Shown: one piece after another, positions 10,660 through 21,347 of the stretch | How the letters are laid out: each line of letters starts with the position of its first letter | Numbering within the stretch: the first letter of the stretch is position 1 | From: Synechococcus sp. | GTDB taxonomy: Bacteria; Cyanobacteriota; Cyanobacteriia; PCC-6307; Cyanobiaceae | Assembly (NCBI GenBank): GCA_047285305.1 | Contig: JBJBDL010000003.1 | Coordinates: 1,216,001 to 1,280,000 of the forward strand | Length of the DNA: 64,000 nucleotides | Direction: 5' to 3' | Translations under genes and position numbers: made by a program | The notes under the pieces: model-generated | The model's database searches: none | Seen by the model: only the letters and a program-made list of their open reading frames with translations | What the model was told of the DNA's origin: nothing

Positions 10660-11582
10660 GAGCCGGTCTGAAGAATCTCCCGGGCCTGGGCTGCGTCGCG
10701 GCCGATCTGCCTGCTGAGCTCCTCCAGGCCGCTGAATTTGGTCTGGCCGCGCAAGCGCTGCACCGGCTCGACGCCCAGTTGCCGGCCTTCCAGTTCCAGG
10801 CTCTGATCCAGCAGGTGCACCTCCACGGCTGAAGGGGACGTTGGATCGATCGTTGGTTGGGGCCCGAGGTTCATCACGGCCGGTAGCCGATTGCCATCCC
10901 CATCCAGTTGGGCCCAGGCGGCGTAGACGCCAAGGCCTGGCAAGGCCTTACGCCCATCCACCTGGAGATTGGCGGTGGGCCAGCCCAGTTCACGCCCCAG
11001 GCCTCGGCCCCGCACCACCCGTCCCTGAAAGCGGTAGGCCCGGCCGAGCAAGGATTTGGCGGTGGTGAGGTCGGCCTGGTCGAGGGCCGCGCGTATGCGG
11101 CTGCTGCTCATCCGGCCCTCTTGGTCTTCAACGATCGGCACCACCTTCACCTCAACGCCGCTGCGAGCCGCCAGCCGTTCCAGCATCTCGGCGTCACCGC
11201 GGCGCTGATGACCGAAGCGGAAGTTGGTGCCCACGGCAATGCGCCGGGCCTGAAGTGTGTTCAGCAGCACGCTAGTGACGAAGTCCTCCGCACTCAGCTG
11301 AGCGAGCTCGCGGGTGAAGGGCACCAGCACGAGCTGCTGTATCCCCAGGGGTTCGAGCAGGGCGAGTTTTTCGCTGGGTAGATCCAGCCTCAGGCGTGCC
11401 TCCCCGAACAGCACCTCACGGGGATGCGGCCAGAAGCTCACCACCGAGGCAACGGCATCGTCTGGGCTGTCCTGGATGGCCTCGGCGATCACGCGGCGAT
11501 GGCCGGCATGCAGTCCATCGAAACTCCCCAGCGCCAGGGCAGCGGGCCGACGGGCTTCCTCTGGAGAGCAGAGCGGGATCAA
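10641..11582 (-). CDS. ribF: Riboflavin kinase/FAD synthetase
   Basis: GSFDGLHAGH, NFRFG, MSSSRIR, LGWPTAN, EVHLL; start uncertain (TTG). Confidence 0.95.
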   Translation of the reverse strand: MIPLCSPEEARRPAALALGSFDGLHAGHRRVIAEAIQDSPDDAVASVVSFWPHPREVLFGEARLRLDLPSEKLALLEPLGIQQLVLVPFTRELAQLSAEDFVTSVLLNTLQARRIAVGTNFRFGHQRRGDAEMLERLAARSGVEVKVVPIVEDQEGRMSSSRIRAALDQADLTTAKSLLGRAYRFQGRVVRGRGLGRELGWPTANLQVDGRKALPGLGVYAAWAQLDGDGNRLPAVMNLGPQPTIDPTSPSAVEVHLLDQSLELEGRQLGVEPVQRLRGQTKFSGLEELSRQIGRDAAQAREILQTGSQATVG

Positions 11583-11636
11583 AGAGGTGCAGAAGGTGCG
11601 CTTTGGTGGCAAGTTTGAACGACCGAGCACCAGGGC

Positions 11637-12197
11637 ATGCCAGACCGCCTCGATTTCCAGAAGTTGTCGTTCGGCGTGCGTCGGATGGGATGGATCCGCT
11701 TCTGGATCCAGGTGGTTCTCGGCATCGTTGTGGTGGGCGTTCTGCTGTTCAACAACATCGGCGGCAGCCTGGCCCGCAATGCCGAACGTGCTGTGGGTCT
11801 GGGGCCTGGCCTTTCGCTAACGTCACTTGCCTTCCTCGTGCTGCTGTTCAGCCTCTGGCAGGGCTGGCTGATCGTTCGTACCGGTCGGGCCATCGACAGC
11901 GCTGCCCGTCCCAGTCGGGGCGAGGTAGCGCGGCTGATCAAACGGGGCCTGTTGGCGGATCTCCTGGGCCTCACCTTCGCCACCATCGGCTATCAGGCCC
12001 TTGCCGGCAGCCTGTTCGTGCAGGCCTCGATGCAGACTCCCGGCATTGCCATCGGCGGCCGCGGCATGGCCGACAACCTGGCCATCACATCCCTGGAAAT
12101 GCTGTCTGTGCTCAGCAACACCCAGGTGCTGTTCGCCCACCTGATCGGTGTGTTGTTTTCCCTCTGGTTGCTGCAGCGGGTTTACCGCACCAGTTGA
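11637..12197 (+). CDS. DUF3611 family membrane protein
   Basis: [15 protein letters not shown], four TM segments, NTQVLFAH. Confidence 0.8.
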   Translation: MPDRLDFQKLSFGVRRMGWIRFWIQVVLGIVVVGVLLFNNIGGSLARNAERAVGLGPGLSLTSLAFLVLLFSLWQGWLIVRTGRAIDSAARPSRGEVARLIKRGLLADLLGLTFATIGYQALAGSLFVQASMQTPGIAIGGRGMADNLAITSLEMLSVLSNTQVLFAHLIGVLFSLWLLQRVYRTS

Positions 12198-12991
12198 TCC
12201 TTGAGCTTGAGTTGCGGCAGTCCGCTAAGGGGGCCCCGCCAGAACAGGTCGGGCTGGATCGGTGTGAGTGAGGGGGAATTGGCATGGATCTGGGCCACAT
12301 CACTGGGCCAATCCCGGGGGCCTTCTCCGGCTGATTCCAGATCCTGCACGGCTTCTCCCGCAAGCCAGTAGTAGGCGCGGCCACGGGGGTCTTCCCGACG
12401 GCTGAATTGCTCGTCGTATCGCCGGATCGAGAGACGGGTCCAGCGCAGTGCTCCCATCTCCTCCCGGGCACAGGGGGGAATGTTGAGGTTGAGCAGCAGG
12501 TTGTCGGGCCACTTGTCGGCGATGGCCTGTTCACTCACCTCCAGGGCAAGATCGGCGGCCGCCTGAAACTGACGCCACTGGAAGCAGGCGCTGCTCACCG
12601 CCAGGGAACGAATGCCCTCAAGGGTGCCTTCCATCGCTGCGGCAACGGTGCCGGAACAGAACACATCTGTTCCCAGGTTGGGTCCGTGATTGATGCCGGA
12701 GAGCACCAGGTCTGGCTTCTCCTTCACTAGTTCGAAAAGGGCCAGCTTCATGCAGTCGGCGGGGGTGCCACTGCAGGCCCAGGCGGTGACCCCTGGGGCG
12801 AACAGCTCATCGGCCCGCTCGGCGCGGATGGGGGTCTGCAGGGTGAGGCCATGGCCTGTGGCAGACCGTTCCTGGTCCGGGCAGACCACCGTCACCTGAT
12901 GGCCGCGGGCTGCCGCTGCGGCGGCCAGGGTTCGGATGCCGTCGGCGAAGACCCCATCGTCATTACTGATCAGGATCCGCAGCGGGGCCAT
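12182..12991 (-). CDS. surE: 5'/3'-nucleotidase SurE
   Basis: [34 protein letters not shown]. Confidence 0.96.
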   Translation of the reverse strand: MAPLRILISNDDGVFADGIRTLAAAAAARGHQVTVVCPDQERSATGHGLTLQTPIRAERADELFAPGVTAWACSGTPADCMKLALFELVKEKPDLVLSGINHGPNLGTDVFCSGTVAAAMEGTLEGIRSLAVSSACFQWRQFQAAADLALEVSEQAIADKWPDNLLLNLNIPPCAREEMGALRWTRLSIRRYDEQFSRREDPRGRAYYWLAGEAVQDLESAGEGPRDWPSDVAQIHANSPSLTPIQPDLFWRGPLSGLPQLKLKDQLVR

Positions 12992-13062
12992 AGGGTCATT
13001 CGCACTGAGGTGAACCTAAGCGGCATGGCTGCTTACAGTCGGCAGCTGTCTGTTCTATCCCT

Positions 13063-14070
13063 GTGAGCGCACCGGTCACCCTGCAGCAGCTCACCGCTCA
13101 ACTCGATGCCCTCGAGCAGCAGGCCGCGGTGGAGATTGCCGAGGCGGCTGATGCCGCTTCGCTGGAGCAACTGCGGGTCGGGCTGCTGGGCAAGAGGGGC
13201 CGCATCTCCGGTGTGCTCGGGGCGATGGGCAAGTTGCCCGGTGAGGAGCGTCCCCTAGTGGGTCAGCGCGCCAACGTGCTGAAAACGCAGGTGCAGTCGC
13301 TCTTGGGAGAGCGGCTGCAGGCCGTGAAGCAGGCGGCCATGGCGGAGCGCATCGCCAGGGAAAGCCTTGATGTCACCGCTCCGGCTTCCGGGGTGCCGAT
13401 GGGCCATCGCCATCCCCTGATCACCACCACAGAAGAGATCGTCGATCTGTTCCTGGGCCTCGGCTACAGCGTGGCTGAGGGACCTGAGGTGGAACGGGAC
13501 CACTACAACTTCACTGCGCTGAACATCCCCGAGGACCATCCGGCCAGGGACATGCAGGACACCTTTTATCTCGGTGGTGACCTGCTGATGCGGACCCACA
13601 CTTCCCCGGTGCAGATTCGTCACCTCGAAGAGAACCCGCCGCCGGTGCGGATTGTGGCTCCCGGTCGGGTCTATCGCCGCGATGCCGTTGATGCCACCCA
13701 CTCGCCGGTGTTCCACCAGGTGGAGGTGCTGGCCATTGATGAGGGGCTCGATTTCAGCCACCTGCGCGGCACGGTGATGGCTTTCCTCAAGACCTTCTTC
13801 GGCGACCTGCCGGTGCGTTTCCGGGCCAGTTATTTCCCCTTCACCGAGCCTTCAGCCGAGGTGGATGTGCAGTGGCGCGGCCGCTGGCTTGAGGTGATGG
13901 GTTGCGGCATGGTGGATCCCGCCGTGCTGGAAGGGCTGGGCCTCGATCCGGAGCGCTACAGCGGTTTCGCCGCGGGCCTGGGGGTGGAGCGCTTTTGCAT
14001 GGTGCGCCATGGCATTGACGACATCCGCCGGCTGTACACCAGCGATCTGCGCTTCCTCGAGCAGTTCTGA
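13063..14070 (+). CDS. pheS: Phenylalanine-tRNA ligase alpha subunit
   Basis: [35 protein letters not shown]. Confidence 0.97.
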   Translation: MSAPVTLQQLTAQLDALEQQAAVEIAEAADAASLEQLRVGLLGKRGRISGVLGAMGKLPGEERPLVGQRANVLKTQVQSLLGERLQAVKQAAMAERIARESLDVTAPASGVPMGHRHPLITTTEEIVDLFLGLGYSVAEGPEVERDHYNFTALNIPEDHPARDMQDTFYLGGDLLMRTHTSPVQIRHLEENPPPVRIVAPGRVYRRDAVDATHSPVFHQVEVLAIDEGLDFSHLRGTVMAFLKTFFGDLPVRFRASYFPFTEPSAEVDVQWRGRWLEVMGCGMVDPAVLEGLGLDPERYSGFAAGLGVERFCMVRHGIDDIRRLYTSDLRFLEQF

Positions 14071-14150
14071 TCGGGAACCTTCGTTACTGAGCGGCGTTCA
14101 GTTCTCGCGCGTCCCATAGGCTGTGGCAGACCTCTACCCGTCGTGGATCA

Positions 14151-15059
14151 GTGCCCCGGATCGGACTGATCGTCAATGACGGCAAGCCGCTGGCAGTGCA
14201 GACGGCGGACACGATTCAGCAGCGTCTGGAGGCAGCCGGCTATGCCGTGGAGCGGGCCAGCAGTTCTGGGGGCATGGTGGGCTTCGCCAACCCTGATCAG
14301 CACCTGCGGCTGCGCGGCTACAGCGCCTGTGTGCCCAAGGGCTTCGATCAATCGATGGTGTTGGCCATCGTGCTGGGGGGTGACGGAACGGTGCTCTCAG
14401 CCGCGCGGCAGACCGCCCCTGTGGGGATTCCGATCCTCACGATCAACACCGGCCACCTGGGATTCCTGGCCGAGGCCTATCTCGATGATCTGGACCGGGC
14501 CCTCGATGTGGTGCTCACCCAGCAATGGACGATCGAGGAACGCAGCAACCTCGTGGTGAGCGTGATGCGGGGCGATCAGCGCCGCTGGGAGGCGCTGTCT
14601 CTCAACGAAATGGCACTTCACCGTGAGCCGCTCACGAGCATGTGTCACTTCGAGATTGCCATTGGCCGCCACGCCCCCGTGGACATCGCCGCCGATGGTG
14701 TGATCCTCTCCACGCCGACGGGCTCGACGGCCTACGCCCTTAGCTCCGGCGGGCCGGTGATCACGCCGGATTGTCCGGTACTGCAACTTACCCCGATCGC
14801 GCCCCATTCCCTGGCCTCACGCGCCCTGGTGTTCAGCGACCGTGAACCCGTCACGATATTTCCAGCCACGCCGGAGCGGCTGATGATGGTGGTGGACGGC
14901 AGTGCCGGTTGCTATGTCTGGCCGGAAGATCGGGTGTTGATCCGTCGCAGCGATCACCCCGTGCGCTTTGTGCGCCTCGCCGACCATGAGTTCTTCCAGG
15001 TGCTGCGCAACAAACTGGGTTGGGGCCTGCCCCACATCGCCAAGCCCGAGCGGGAATGA
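14151..15059 (+). CDS. nadK: NAD kinase
   Basis: [23 protein letters not shown]. Confidence 0.95.
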   Translation: MPRIGLIVNDGKPLAVQTADTIQQRLEAAGYAVERASSSGGMVGFANPDQHLRLRGYSACVPKGFDQSMVLAIVLGGDGTVLSAARQTAPVGIPILTINTGHLGFLAEAYLDDLDRALDVVLTQQWTIEERSNLVVSVMRGDQRRWEALSLNEMALHREPLTSMCHFEIAIGRHAPVDIAADGVILSTPTGSTAYALSSGGPVITPDCPVLQLTPIAPHSLASRALVFSDREPVTIFPATPERLMMVVDGSAGCYVWPEDRVLIRRSDHPVRFVRLADHEFFQVLRNKLGWGLPHIAKPERE

Positions 15060-15733
15060 ATGCCGATCCCCTCTTGCTGCTGGCAGGTGCTTCGGCCGTG
15101 TCCCTGGCGCCCCGTCTGGCTGCATCGGGCTACGCCACCCTCGACTGGCTCAGTGCCGGGCCATCGGCCCATGCCGCTGAACCGCGTGAATCCCCTATGG
15201 CGGCTGTGCTGGCGGCCGATCAGGCCTCATTGATTCAAGACCTGCGCAGCCGTTTCGGGGCCATGCCGATCTTGTTGGATCTGGAACGCGACAGCGTTGA
15301 GGCCCGCGCCGCCTGCCTGGGAAGCGGCGCCGATGATTTCTGGCTCTCGGAGACCGGGCCCAGCGATCTGTTGCTGCGTCTGCGCCTGCACCGCACGATT
15401 CAGCAGCGCTCGGGTCAGCGACCGGCGCTGCTGAACCTGGATGATCTCAGCGTTGATCCCACCAACCGGACGGTGCGGCGGGGAGAACGTGTGGTGGCGT
15501 TGACTGCTCGGGAATTCATGCTGTTGCAGGTGCTGTTGCTGCGGCGCGGCCAGGTGTTGAGCCGCGAGCTGCTGCTTCAGGAGGTGTGGCAGGGGGAGCG
15601 TTCCAGCAGCAATGTTGTTGAGGTGTACGTGCGCTACCTGCGTCAGAAGCTGGAGGCAGGTGGTGAGCATCGTTTGCTGCACACCGTGCGCGGCCGGGGG
15701 TATTGCCTCGGGCAGATGTTGCCGGAGGCTTGA
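15056..15733 (+). CDS. OmpR-family response regulator with degenerate receiver domain
   Basis: [37 protein letters not shown] winged helix. Confidence 0.85.
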   Translation: MNADPLLLLAGASAVSLAPRLAASGYATLDWLSAGPSAHAAEPRESPMAAVLAADQASLIQDLRSRFGAMPILLDLERDSVEARAACLGSGADDFWLSETGPSDLLLRLRLHRTIQQRSGQRPALLNLDDLSVDPTNRTVRRGERVVALTAREFMLLQVLLLRRGQVLSRELLLQEVWQGERSSSNVVEVYVRYLRQKLEAGGEHRLLHTVRGRGYCLGQMLPEA

Positions 15734-15739
15734 GCGGCC

Positions 15740-16183
15740 ATGCATGCTCTGCCCCCTGAGCCGCTCCCGCAGTGGCTGCCGATTGGGGCCCGCTGGTGTG
15801 TGGGCAAGCAGGGTTGCATTGATCTCGAGGTGGCCCGCAGTCCGGAGCAGCAGCGTTTGGGGTTGATGCAGCGGCCGCCTCTGCCGCCCTTGCGCGGGAT
15901 GTGGTTTCCCTTTGCCACCCCCCAGCCGCAGCGCTTCTGGATGTTCAACACCCTTGCTCCTCTTGACATGATCTTTGTGCGCGATGGGCGGGTGCTCGAT
16001 CTGGTGCCTGCCGTTCCCACCTGCCCTGCCCTGCCCTGCCGCTCCTACGCCGCCGATGCGGATGGCAATGGGCGGGCTGATTTCGTTGATGCGGTGATTG
16101 AGATCGGTTCCGGTGAGGCGCAGCGGCTTGGCATTGGCATCGGCGATCCGGTTCGGATTACCCCGTTTCAGCTTTCGCCGTGA
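15740..16183 (+). CDS. DUF192 family protein
   Basis: LEVARSPEQQRLGLM, FWMFNTLAPLDMIF, VIEI. Confidence 0.85.
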   Translation: MHALPPEPLPQWLPIGARWCVGKQGCIDLEVARSPEQQRLGLMQRPPLPPLRGMWFPFATPQPQRFWMFNTLAPLDMIFVRDGRVLDLVPAVPTCPALPCRSYAADADGNGRADFVDAVIEIGSGEAQRLGIGIGDPVRITPFQLSP

Positions 16184-16190
16184 AGTCGGT

Positions 16191-17450
16191 TTAAGCCGGC
16201 TTCGCTCCCGTCACGATCAAGGTGGGGTTCATCGGAGCCAGGCGGGTGCCATCCCCCAACGGTTGTCCCCGCCAAGCCTGCAGTTGTAGAACGCGCACGG
16301 CCAATCCAGCGTTCTCGAGCAGCGGCCGAACGCTGGCCAACGCCTCCATGCTCGCCAGGGGGATCACCACAACACCTCCAGACCGCAGTCGCGTCAGCAC
16401 CTCCTGCAGCAAGCGTTCCCGTTGGGCGCCCCCGCCCCCGAGCAGAACCCGGTCGGGCTGACTGAGCTGGCTCGGGAGCCCGCCGTGCAGCACCGTGGTG
16501 GCGTCGGCCTCCAGCACCGCCGCAGGGCTGACGCCGAGCCGTTGTGCATTGCGTTGGATCAGTTGCGCGCCACCGGCGCGGCGTTCCACCGCCAGCAGTT
16601 GCAGGCCAGGCCGCAGGCGTAGCGCTTCCAGACCGACGCTGCCGGTGCCGGCCCCCAGATCCCAGAGCACGCCTTGCTGCGGCAGGGCGAGTTCGGCCAG
16701 AAGTTGGATGCGCACCTCCCGCTTGGTCATCAGTCCGGGATGATCGCAGTGCTGCAGGTAGAGCCCGTCATCGAGCCCGAACAAGGGCAGTTGATGCGGA
16801 TCCGGTGCGGCAGGTTCGCGGGCGATCAGCAGTGCAATCAGCAGCGGATGTAGATCTGTTGGTAACGCGGTGCCGGGTGTGATCAGCTGCACCCGTTCAT
16901 CGGTGTGCCCGAGGTTTTCGCAGAGCCACAGGTCCGTGCTGGCCTCAAGGCCGCTGCTGCGCAACATCTGCTGCACGGTGCCGGCACCCCCCTGGTTCGG
17001 GTCCGTGAGAACCGCCAAGGCTGCAGGTCGCTTCTGCAAAGTGTTGGCCAGGATTTCGGGGTCCCGTCCGTGCAGGCTCACCCAGTCCGCGTCCTGCCAG
17101 TGTCGGCCGATGCGGGCGAAGGCCAGCTGCAGCGATGTGGGGGCCGGATGAAACCGCAGCCGCTCTGCCCCGATGCGGTCGCAAAGGATGCGCCCCAGGC
17201 CGAACCAGAGCGGATCGCCGCTGGCCAGCACCACCACAGGCTCTTCCGTATGCCGGGATTGCAGGCTGTCCACCAGAGCCCGCGGGTCATCGCTGCTGAT
17301 CAGCTTCGGCAGGGTGTCCCCCAGCCAGTCCTGCAGAGCAGCTTGCAACCGCTGCGGTGCTGCAATCACCGCGGCTGCCCGCAGCAACGTCTGCTGTGGA
17401 GCAGGCAACGAGGCGGGCGCCCCGGCGTCGGTGCCGATCACATCGATCAT
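16191..17450 (-). CDS. cbiET: Precorrin-6Y C5,15-methyltransferase (CbiET/CobL)
   Basis: LASGDPLWFGLG, SLHGR, MTKREVR, WDLGAGTGSVG. Confidence 0.93.
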   Translation of the reverse strand: MIDVIGTDAGAPASLPAPQQTLLRAAAVIAAPQRLQAALQDWLGDTLPKLISSDDPRALVDSLQSRHTEEPVVVLASGDPLWFGLGRILCDRIGAERLRFHPAPTSLQLAFARIGRHWQDADWVSLHGRDPEILANTLQKRPAALAVLTDPNQGGAGTVQQMLRSSGLEASTDLWLCENLGHTDERVQLITPGTALPTDLHPLLIALLIAREPAAPDPHQLPLFGLDDGLYLQHCDHPGLMTKREVRIQLLAELALPQQGVLWDLGAGTGSVGLEALRLRPGLQLLAVERRAGGAQLIQRNAQRLGVSPAAVLEADATTVLHGGLPSQLSQPDRVLLGGGGAQRERLLQEVLTRLRSGGVVVIPLASMEALASVRPLLENAGLAVRVLQLQAWRGQPLGDGTRLAPMNPTLIVTGAKPA

Positions 17451-17482
17451 CCCGTCATTCTGGTGTCAGGGTTTGTGAGGTC

Positions 17483-17842
17483 ATGGCAGGGGGTGATCTG
17501 CTGGTGGATCGCTTGGTGGCAGGGGGCTTCCTGCGCCCTGCGGTGCTGCTTCGAGGCTTGCAGCTCCGTCGCTCTGCCCATCGCCAGCTGCTTGAGGCCT
17601 ATGAGACGTCTCGTGACCGGATTCCTGCGGGGCAGTTGCTTGAGGTGCCCTATGAGGCATTGATCCGCCAACCCCTCGCTGCGGTGAAACGGATCTATGA
17701 CGAACTCGGGCTCAGCAGCTGGCCGCTGGCGCAGGCCCCGCTGCAGGTTCGGATTGCCCAGGCTTGTAGCCACACCGCTGATCCGTTGACGCTGCCCTTG
17801 GCGGCGGAACAGCGCCTGAACGACCTGATGGAGGAGGCATGA
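17483..17842 (+). pseudogene. Sulfotransferase-family remnant (internal in-frame deletion suspected)
   Basis: Only 119 aa; C-terminal LLEVPYEALIRQPLAAVKRIYDELGL is sulfotransferase-like but no RSGTT PAPS loop. Confidence 0.6.
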
Positions 17843-18081
17843 CCCCAGCCCACGATCGTCGCCAACGCCTACACGAGCTTGTGATTGCCTTGATTGCCCA
17901 GCAGGACGATCTGCCCCTGCTCGATCCCGATCAGCCCGACCTGGAGGGGACAGCCCCCGGCCGTTGGCTCGATCAGAACCGCCGCAGCCTGCATCGCTAT
18001 CAAGCCCTGGTCCGCACGGCGGTCACCTTGGATGCCCTGCTGGATGCCGAAGACAATCCCTCACCACTGTCTGCAGGCTGA
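17839..18081 (+). CDS. Conserved hypothetical protein
   Basis: ATGA overlap with upstream ORF, core-like codon usage. Confidence 0.65.
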   Translation: MTPAHDRRQRLHELVIALIAQQDDLPLLDPDQPDLEGTAPGRWLDQNRRSLHRYQALVRTAVTLDALLDAEDNPSPLSAG

Positions 18082-18154
18082 TGACTGCAGGCTGATCGCA
18101 ACGGCTGGCTGATCGCTTCAAACCTGGCAATCTGAGGCGACTCTCGGCCCCTGC

Positions 18155-20653
18155 ATGGCTTCGTTCGGTTGGTCCGCTCTGAGCTCCCTGCTGGGTCGCG
18201 GCAAGCAAGCCAAGCGCTGGCAGCCACCGGAGGCCTCATGGAGCCGACCCTTCGGCCTGGGCTGGGACAAGCCTTACACGGTTCGCTATGCCAGCAACCT
18301 CGACGACGGCCCCAACCACGGCATGCCGCTGGGGGGCTTCGGAGCTGGCTGCTTCGGGCGGGCGCCCGACGGCAACATCAACCTCTGGCACCTCGATGGC
18401 GGCGAGCACTGGTTTGGGGTGCTTCCCGATTGCCAGTTCGCTCTGTTTGAAGGGAATGGCCGCGGCAAGCGCGCACACGCCTTGGCGGTTCAGCCGGATC
18501 AGGATGCTTCGCGGCCGGAGGCTGGCCAGCCGCTGAAGGCCTGGGAGTGGTATCCGGCCAGCACGCCGGACCGCAGCACCGGCACCTATGCCGCCCGCTA
18601 CCCCTTCAGTTGGACAAGCTACGAGGGCGTGTATGACGCTGAGGTGCGTTGTGAGGCCTTCAGCCCGATCCTGCCGGGTGATTACCAGCGCACCAGCTAC
18701 CCGGTCGCGGTGTTCATCTGGACGCTGCGCAATCCCACGGATCAGCCTCTTGATTTGTCGTTGCTGTTGAGTTGGCGCAACACCACCGGCTGGTTCACCA
18801 ACACCGATGCCTCGGCGGAGGTTCACTTCCGCGATGACGGCAGCCCCGAGCACAACTACGCCCCGGCCATCGGCAGCACCGCCGGCCAGCGCAACCGTTG
18901 CATTGACGATGGCTCCCTCAAGGGAGTTGTGCTGGAGGGCAACGTCTCCAATCCCGTTGCCGAAGGTGAGGGCCAGTGGTGCATTGCCGCAGCTGAGCAG
19001 CCCGGTGTGACGATCCAGCGCTGCAGCCGCTGGAATCCCAGCGGTGATGGGCGTGAGCTGTGGGACAGCTTCAGTGCTGATGGCTCCATCCCTGAAAGCA
19101 ACAACGACCGACGCAGTGGCTCCGACGATCCCCTCAGTGCCGCGCTTACGGTGAAGTGTCAGCTGGCCCCTGGGCAGAGCATTGAGATCCCGCTGGTGAT
19201 CAGCTGGGACTTGCCTGTGACGGCCTTTGCCACCGGCAGCCAGGCGCTGCGCCGCTACACCGACTTCTTTGCTGCGGATGCCAACCAGGCGGTTGCCATT
19301 GCCGCTGAATCGCTGCGTGACTGGCGCAGTTGGCGCCAGAAGATCGAGGCCTGGCAGGAGCCGGTGCTGCAACGCCAGGACCTACCGGAACCGCTGCGGA
19401 TGGCTCTGTTCAATGAGCTTTACGACCTTTGCAGTGGCGGCAGTCTCTGGAGTGCGGCATCACCTGAGGATCCCTACGGCCGCTTCGGCGTTCTCGAGTG
19501 CCTCGACTACGCCTGGTACGAAAGCCTCGACGTTCGTCTCTACGGATCCCTGGCCCTGTTGCAGCTTTGGCCGGAACTCGACAAGGCTGTGCTGTGCAGC
19601 TTTGCTCGGGCGATTCCGGCGGCGGATGCCACCCAGCGCCCGATCGGCTGGTATTTCACCCAGGGCAAGGGCCGGGTGGAGGCTGATCGCAAGGTGAAAG
19701 GAGCCACCCCCCATGACCTGGGGGCTCCCAACGAGATCCCCTGGGATGCGACCAACTACACCGCTTATCAGGACTGCAACCTCTGGAAGGACCTCGGTAG
19801 TGATTTTGTGCTGCAGGTGTGGCGTAGCTTCAAGCTCGCCCCCAGTGGTGAAGACATCCGCTTCCTCGCGGATTGCTGGCCGGCGGCCGTGGAGGCGCTG
19901 CGCTACCTCAAGACGTTCGACGTGAACAACGATGGCCTGCCCGACAACGGCGGTGCTCCGGATCAGACCTTCGACGACTGGCCCCTCAAAGGGGTGAGTG
20001 CCTACTGCGGTGCCCTCTGGATTGCTGCTCTCGAGGCAGCCCTGGCCATTGCCCAGACGCTTCAGCTCAGCACCGGGCTGGACACCTCCGCTGAGCAGAG
20101 GGAATTCAGCGGTTGGTTGGAACAATCCCGGGGCAATTTCGACAAGCTGCTCTGGAACGGCGAGTACTACGACATTGATGCCGAGAGCGGCACGCCTGTG
20201 GTGATGGCCGATCAGCTCTGCGGTGATTTCTACTCACGGCTCTTGGGCCTGCCGCCGGTGGTGAGTGACAACAACAGCCGCAGCACCTTGAAGGCGGTGA
20301 AGGAGGCCTGCTTCGAGGCTTTCGATGGCGGATCCCTCGGAGTGGCCAACGGCTTGCGCCGTGATGGCACTCCCTTGGATCCCAATGGCACCCACCCGCT
20401 CGAGGTGTGGACGGGGATCAACTTCGGGATCGCCAGCTACTACCGCCTGATGGGGGACAAGCAGACGGCGCAAGCAATCTGCTCAGCTGTTGTTGAGCAG
20501 GTGTATTCCGGTGGTCTGCAGTTCCGCACCCCTGAGGCGATCACCGCGGTGAACACCTTCCGGGCCTGCCACTACCTCAGGGCCATGGCCATCTGGGGGT
20601 TCTGGGCCACGGAGACCGATTGGACGCTCATCCCCGGAGCGGATGCTCGTTGA
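18155..20653 (+). CDS. GH116 family glycoside hydrolase (non-lysosomal glucosylceramidase-like)
   Basis: GMPLGGFGAG, LECLDYAWYESLDV, PHDLG, WKDL, PDQTFDDW, EVWTG, FRTPEA, YLRAMAIW. Confidence 0.92.
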   Translation: MASFGWSALSSLLGRGKQAKRWQPPEASWSRPFGLGWDKPYTVRYASNLDDGPNHGMPLGGFGAGCFGRAPDGNINLWHLDGGEHWFGVLPDCQFALFEGNGRGKRAHALAVQPDQDASRPEAGQPLKAWEWYPASTPDRSTGTYAARYPFSWTSYEGVYDAEVRCEAFSPILPGDYQRTSYPVAVFIWTLRNPTDQPLDLSLLLSWRNTTGWFTNTDASAEVHFRDDGSPEHNYAPAIGSTAGQRNRCIDDGSLKGVVLEGNVSNPVAEGEGQWCIAAAEQPGVTIQRCSRWNPSGDGRELWDSFSADGSIPESNNDRRSGSDDPLSAALTVKCQLAPGQSIEIPLVISWDLPVTAFATGSQALRRYTDFFAADANQAVAIAAESLRDWRSWRQKIEAWQEPVLQRQDLPEPLRMALFNELYDLCSGGSLWSAASPEDPYGRFGVLECLDYAWYESLDVRLYGSLALLQLWPELDKAVLCSFARAIPAADATQRPIGWYFTQGKGRVEADRKVKGATPHDLGAPNEIPWDATNYTAYQDCNLWKDLGSDFVLQVWRSFKLAPSGEDIRFLADCWPAAVEALRYLKTFDVNNDGLPDNGGAPDQTFDDWPLKGVSAYCGALWIAALEAALAIAQTLQLSTGLDTSAEQREFSGWLEQSRGNFDKLLWNGEYYDIDAESGTPVVMADQLCGDFYSRLLGLPPVVSDNNSRSTLKAVKEACFEAFDGGSLGVANGLRRDGTPLDPNGTHPLEVWTGINFGIASYYRLMGDKQTAQAICSAVVEQVYSGGLQFRTPEAITAVNTFRACHYLRAMAIWGFWATETDWTLIPGADAR

Positions 20654-20858
20654 AGTGTTGCGCTGGGGGATTCACCGAACTGGCTGCGGTAATCCCTGGC
20701 GAAGAGATTGCGGCATAGGAAGCCGTAATGGCAGACAATTTTATGCACCTTGCTGAGCCCAGGTGCTGAATGAAAAGGAACCTCCATGGGCTGATTGTTG
20801 GCGGAAATCGCCTTAAAGCAAGGATTGTTGTGAGAATTCGCTGAGTCACCTCCTGCCC

Positions 20859-21347
20859 ATGCGCCGTTTGCTCTGCTGTTTGTTGGCCGCTCTGGGGCTG
20901 CTGCTTCTCACGCCGGGTCTGGCCTGGGCCCAGGTTCATCAGCACGAGAACGAGGCCGGTGTTGCAATGGTCCGTTCGCTGGAGAGCCTCCGGGACCTCG
21001 ATTACGACAGTTGGCAGGCGGTGGCCTACCGCGAGGGCCCTGCAGGCCAGCCGGTGGTGCTGCGCGTGGTGGGCTATCCAGGAAAACTGCGGCTCGATCA
21101 TCCGGTAAGCCTCCAGGTGTTGGCGGGTCGGCGCGAATGGCAGCTGGACGACATCACCCTGGCCAATCCGGTGCTGGCCACCGATGGCCGTGACGCAGCG
21201 GCTGAATTTGCCCTGGATCCTTTGCTGGACGATCTCAGCAACAACCGACCGCTGCGTTTGGCGTTGCCGGGTGTCTTCACGGAGTTGCCGATCCCTCCCT
21301 ACGTCGTTGGTGAATGGCGGTCCCTGCAAGAGCTGCCCCTCAGCTGA
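20859..21347 (+). CDS. DUF3122 family exported protein
   Basis: Signal peptide; RSLESLRDLDYDSWQAVAY, LRVVGYPG. Confidence 0.75.
   Translation: MRRLLCCLLAALGLLLLTPGLAWAQVHQHENEAGVAMVRSLESLRDLDYDSWQAVAYREGPAGQPVVLRVVGYPGKLRLDHPVSLQVLAGRREWQLDDITLANPVLATDGRDAAAEFALDPLLDDLSNNRPLRLALPGVFTELPIPPYVVGEWRSLQELPLS

Noticed and set aside
20660..20700. Cobalamin riboswitch-like AGTTCGGTGAATCC on minus strand
   Set aside because: Other conserved elements not found and it would run antisense into GH116
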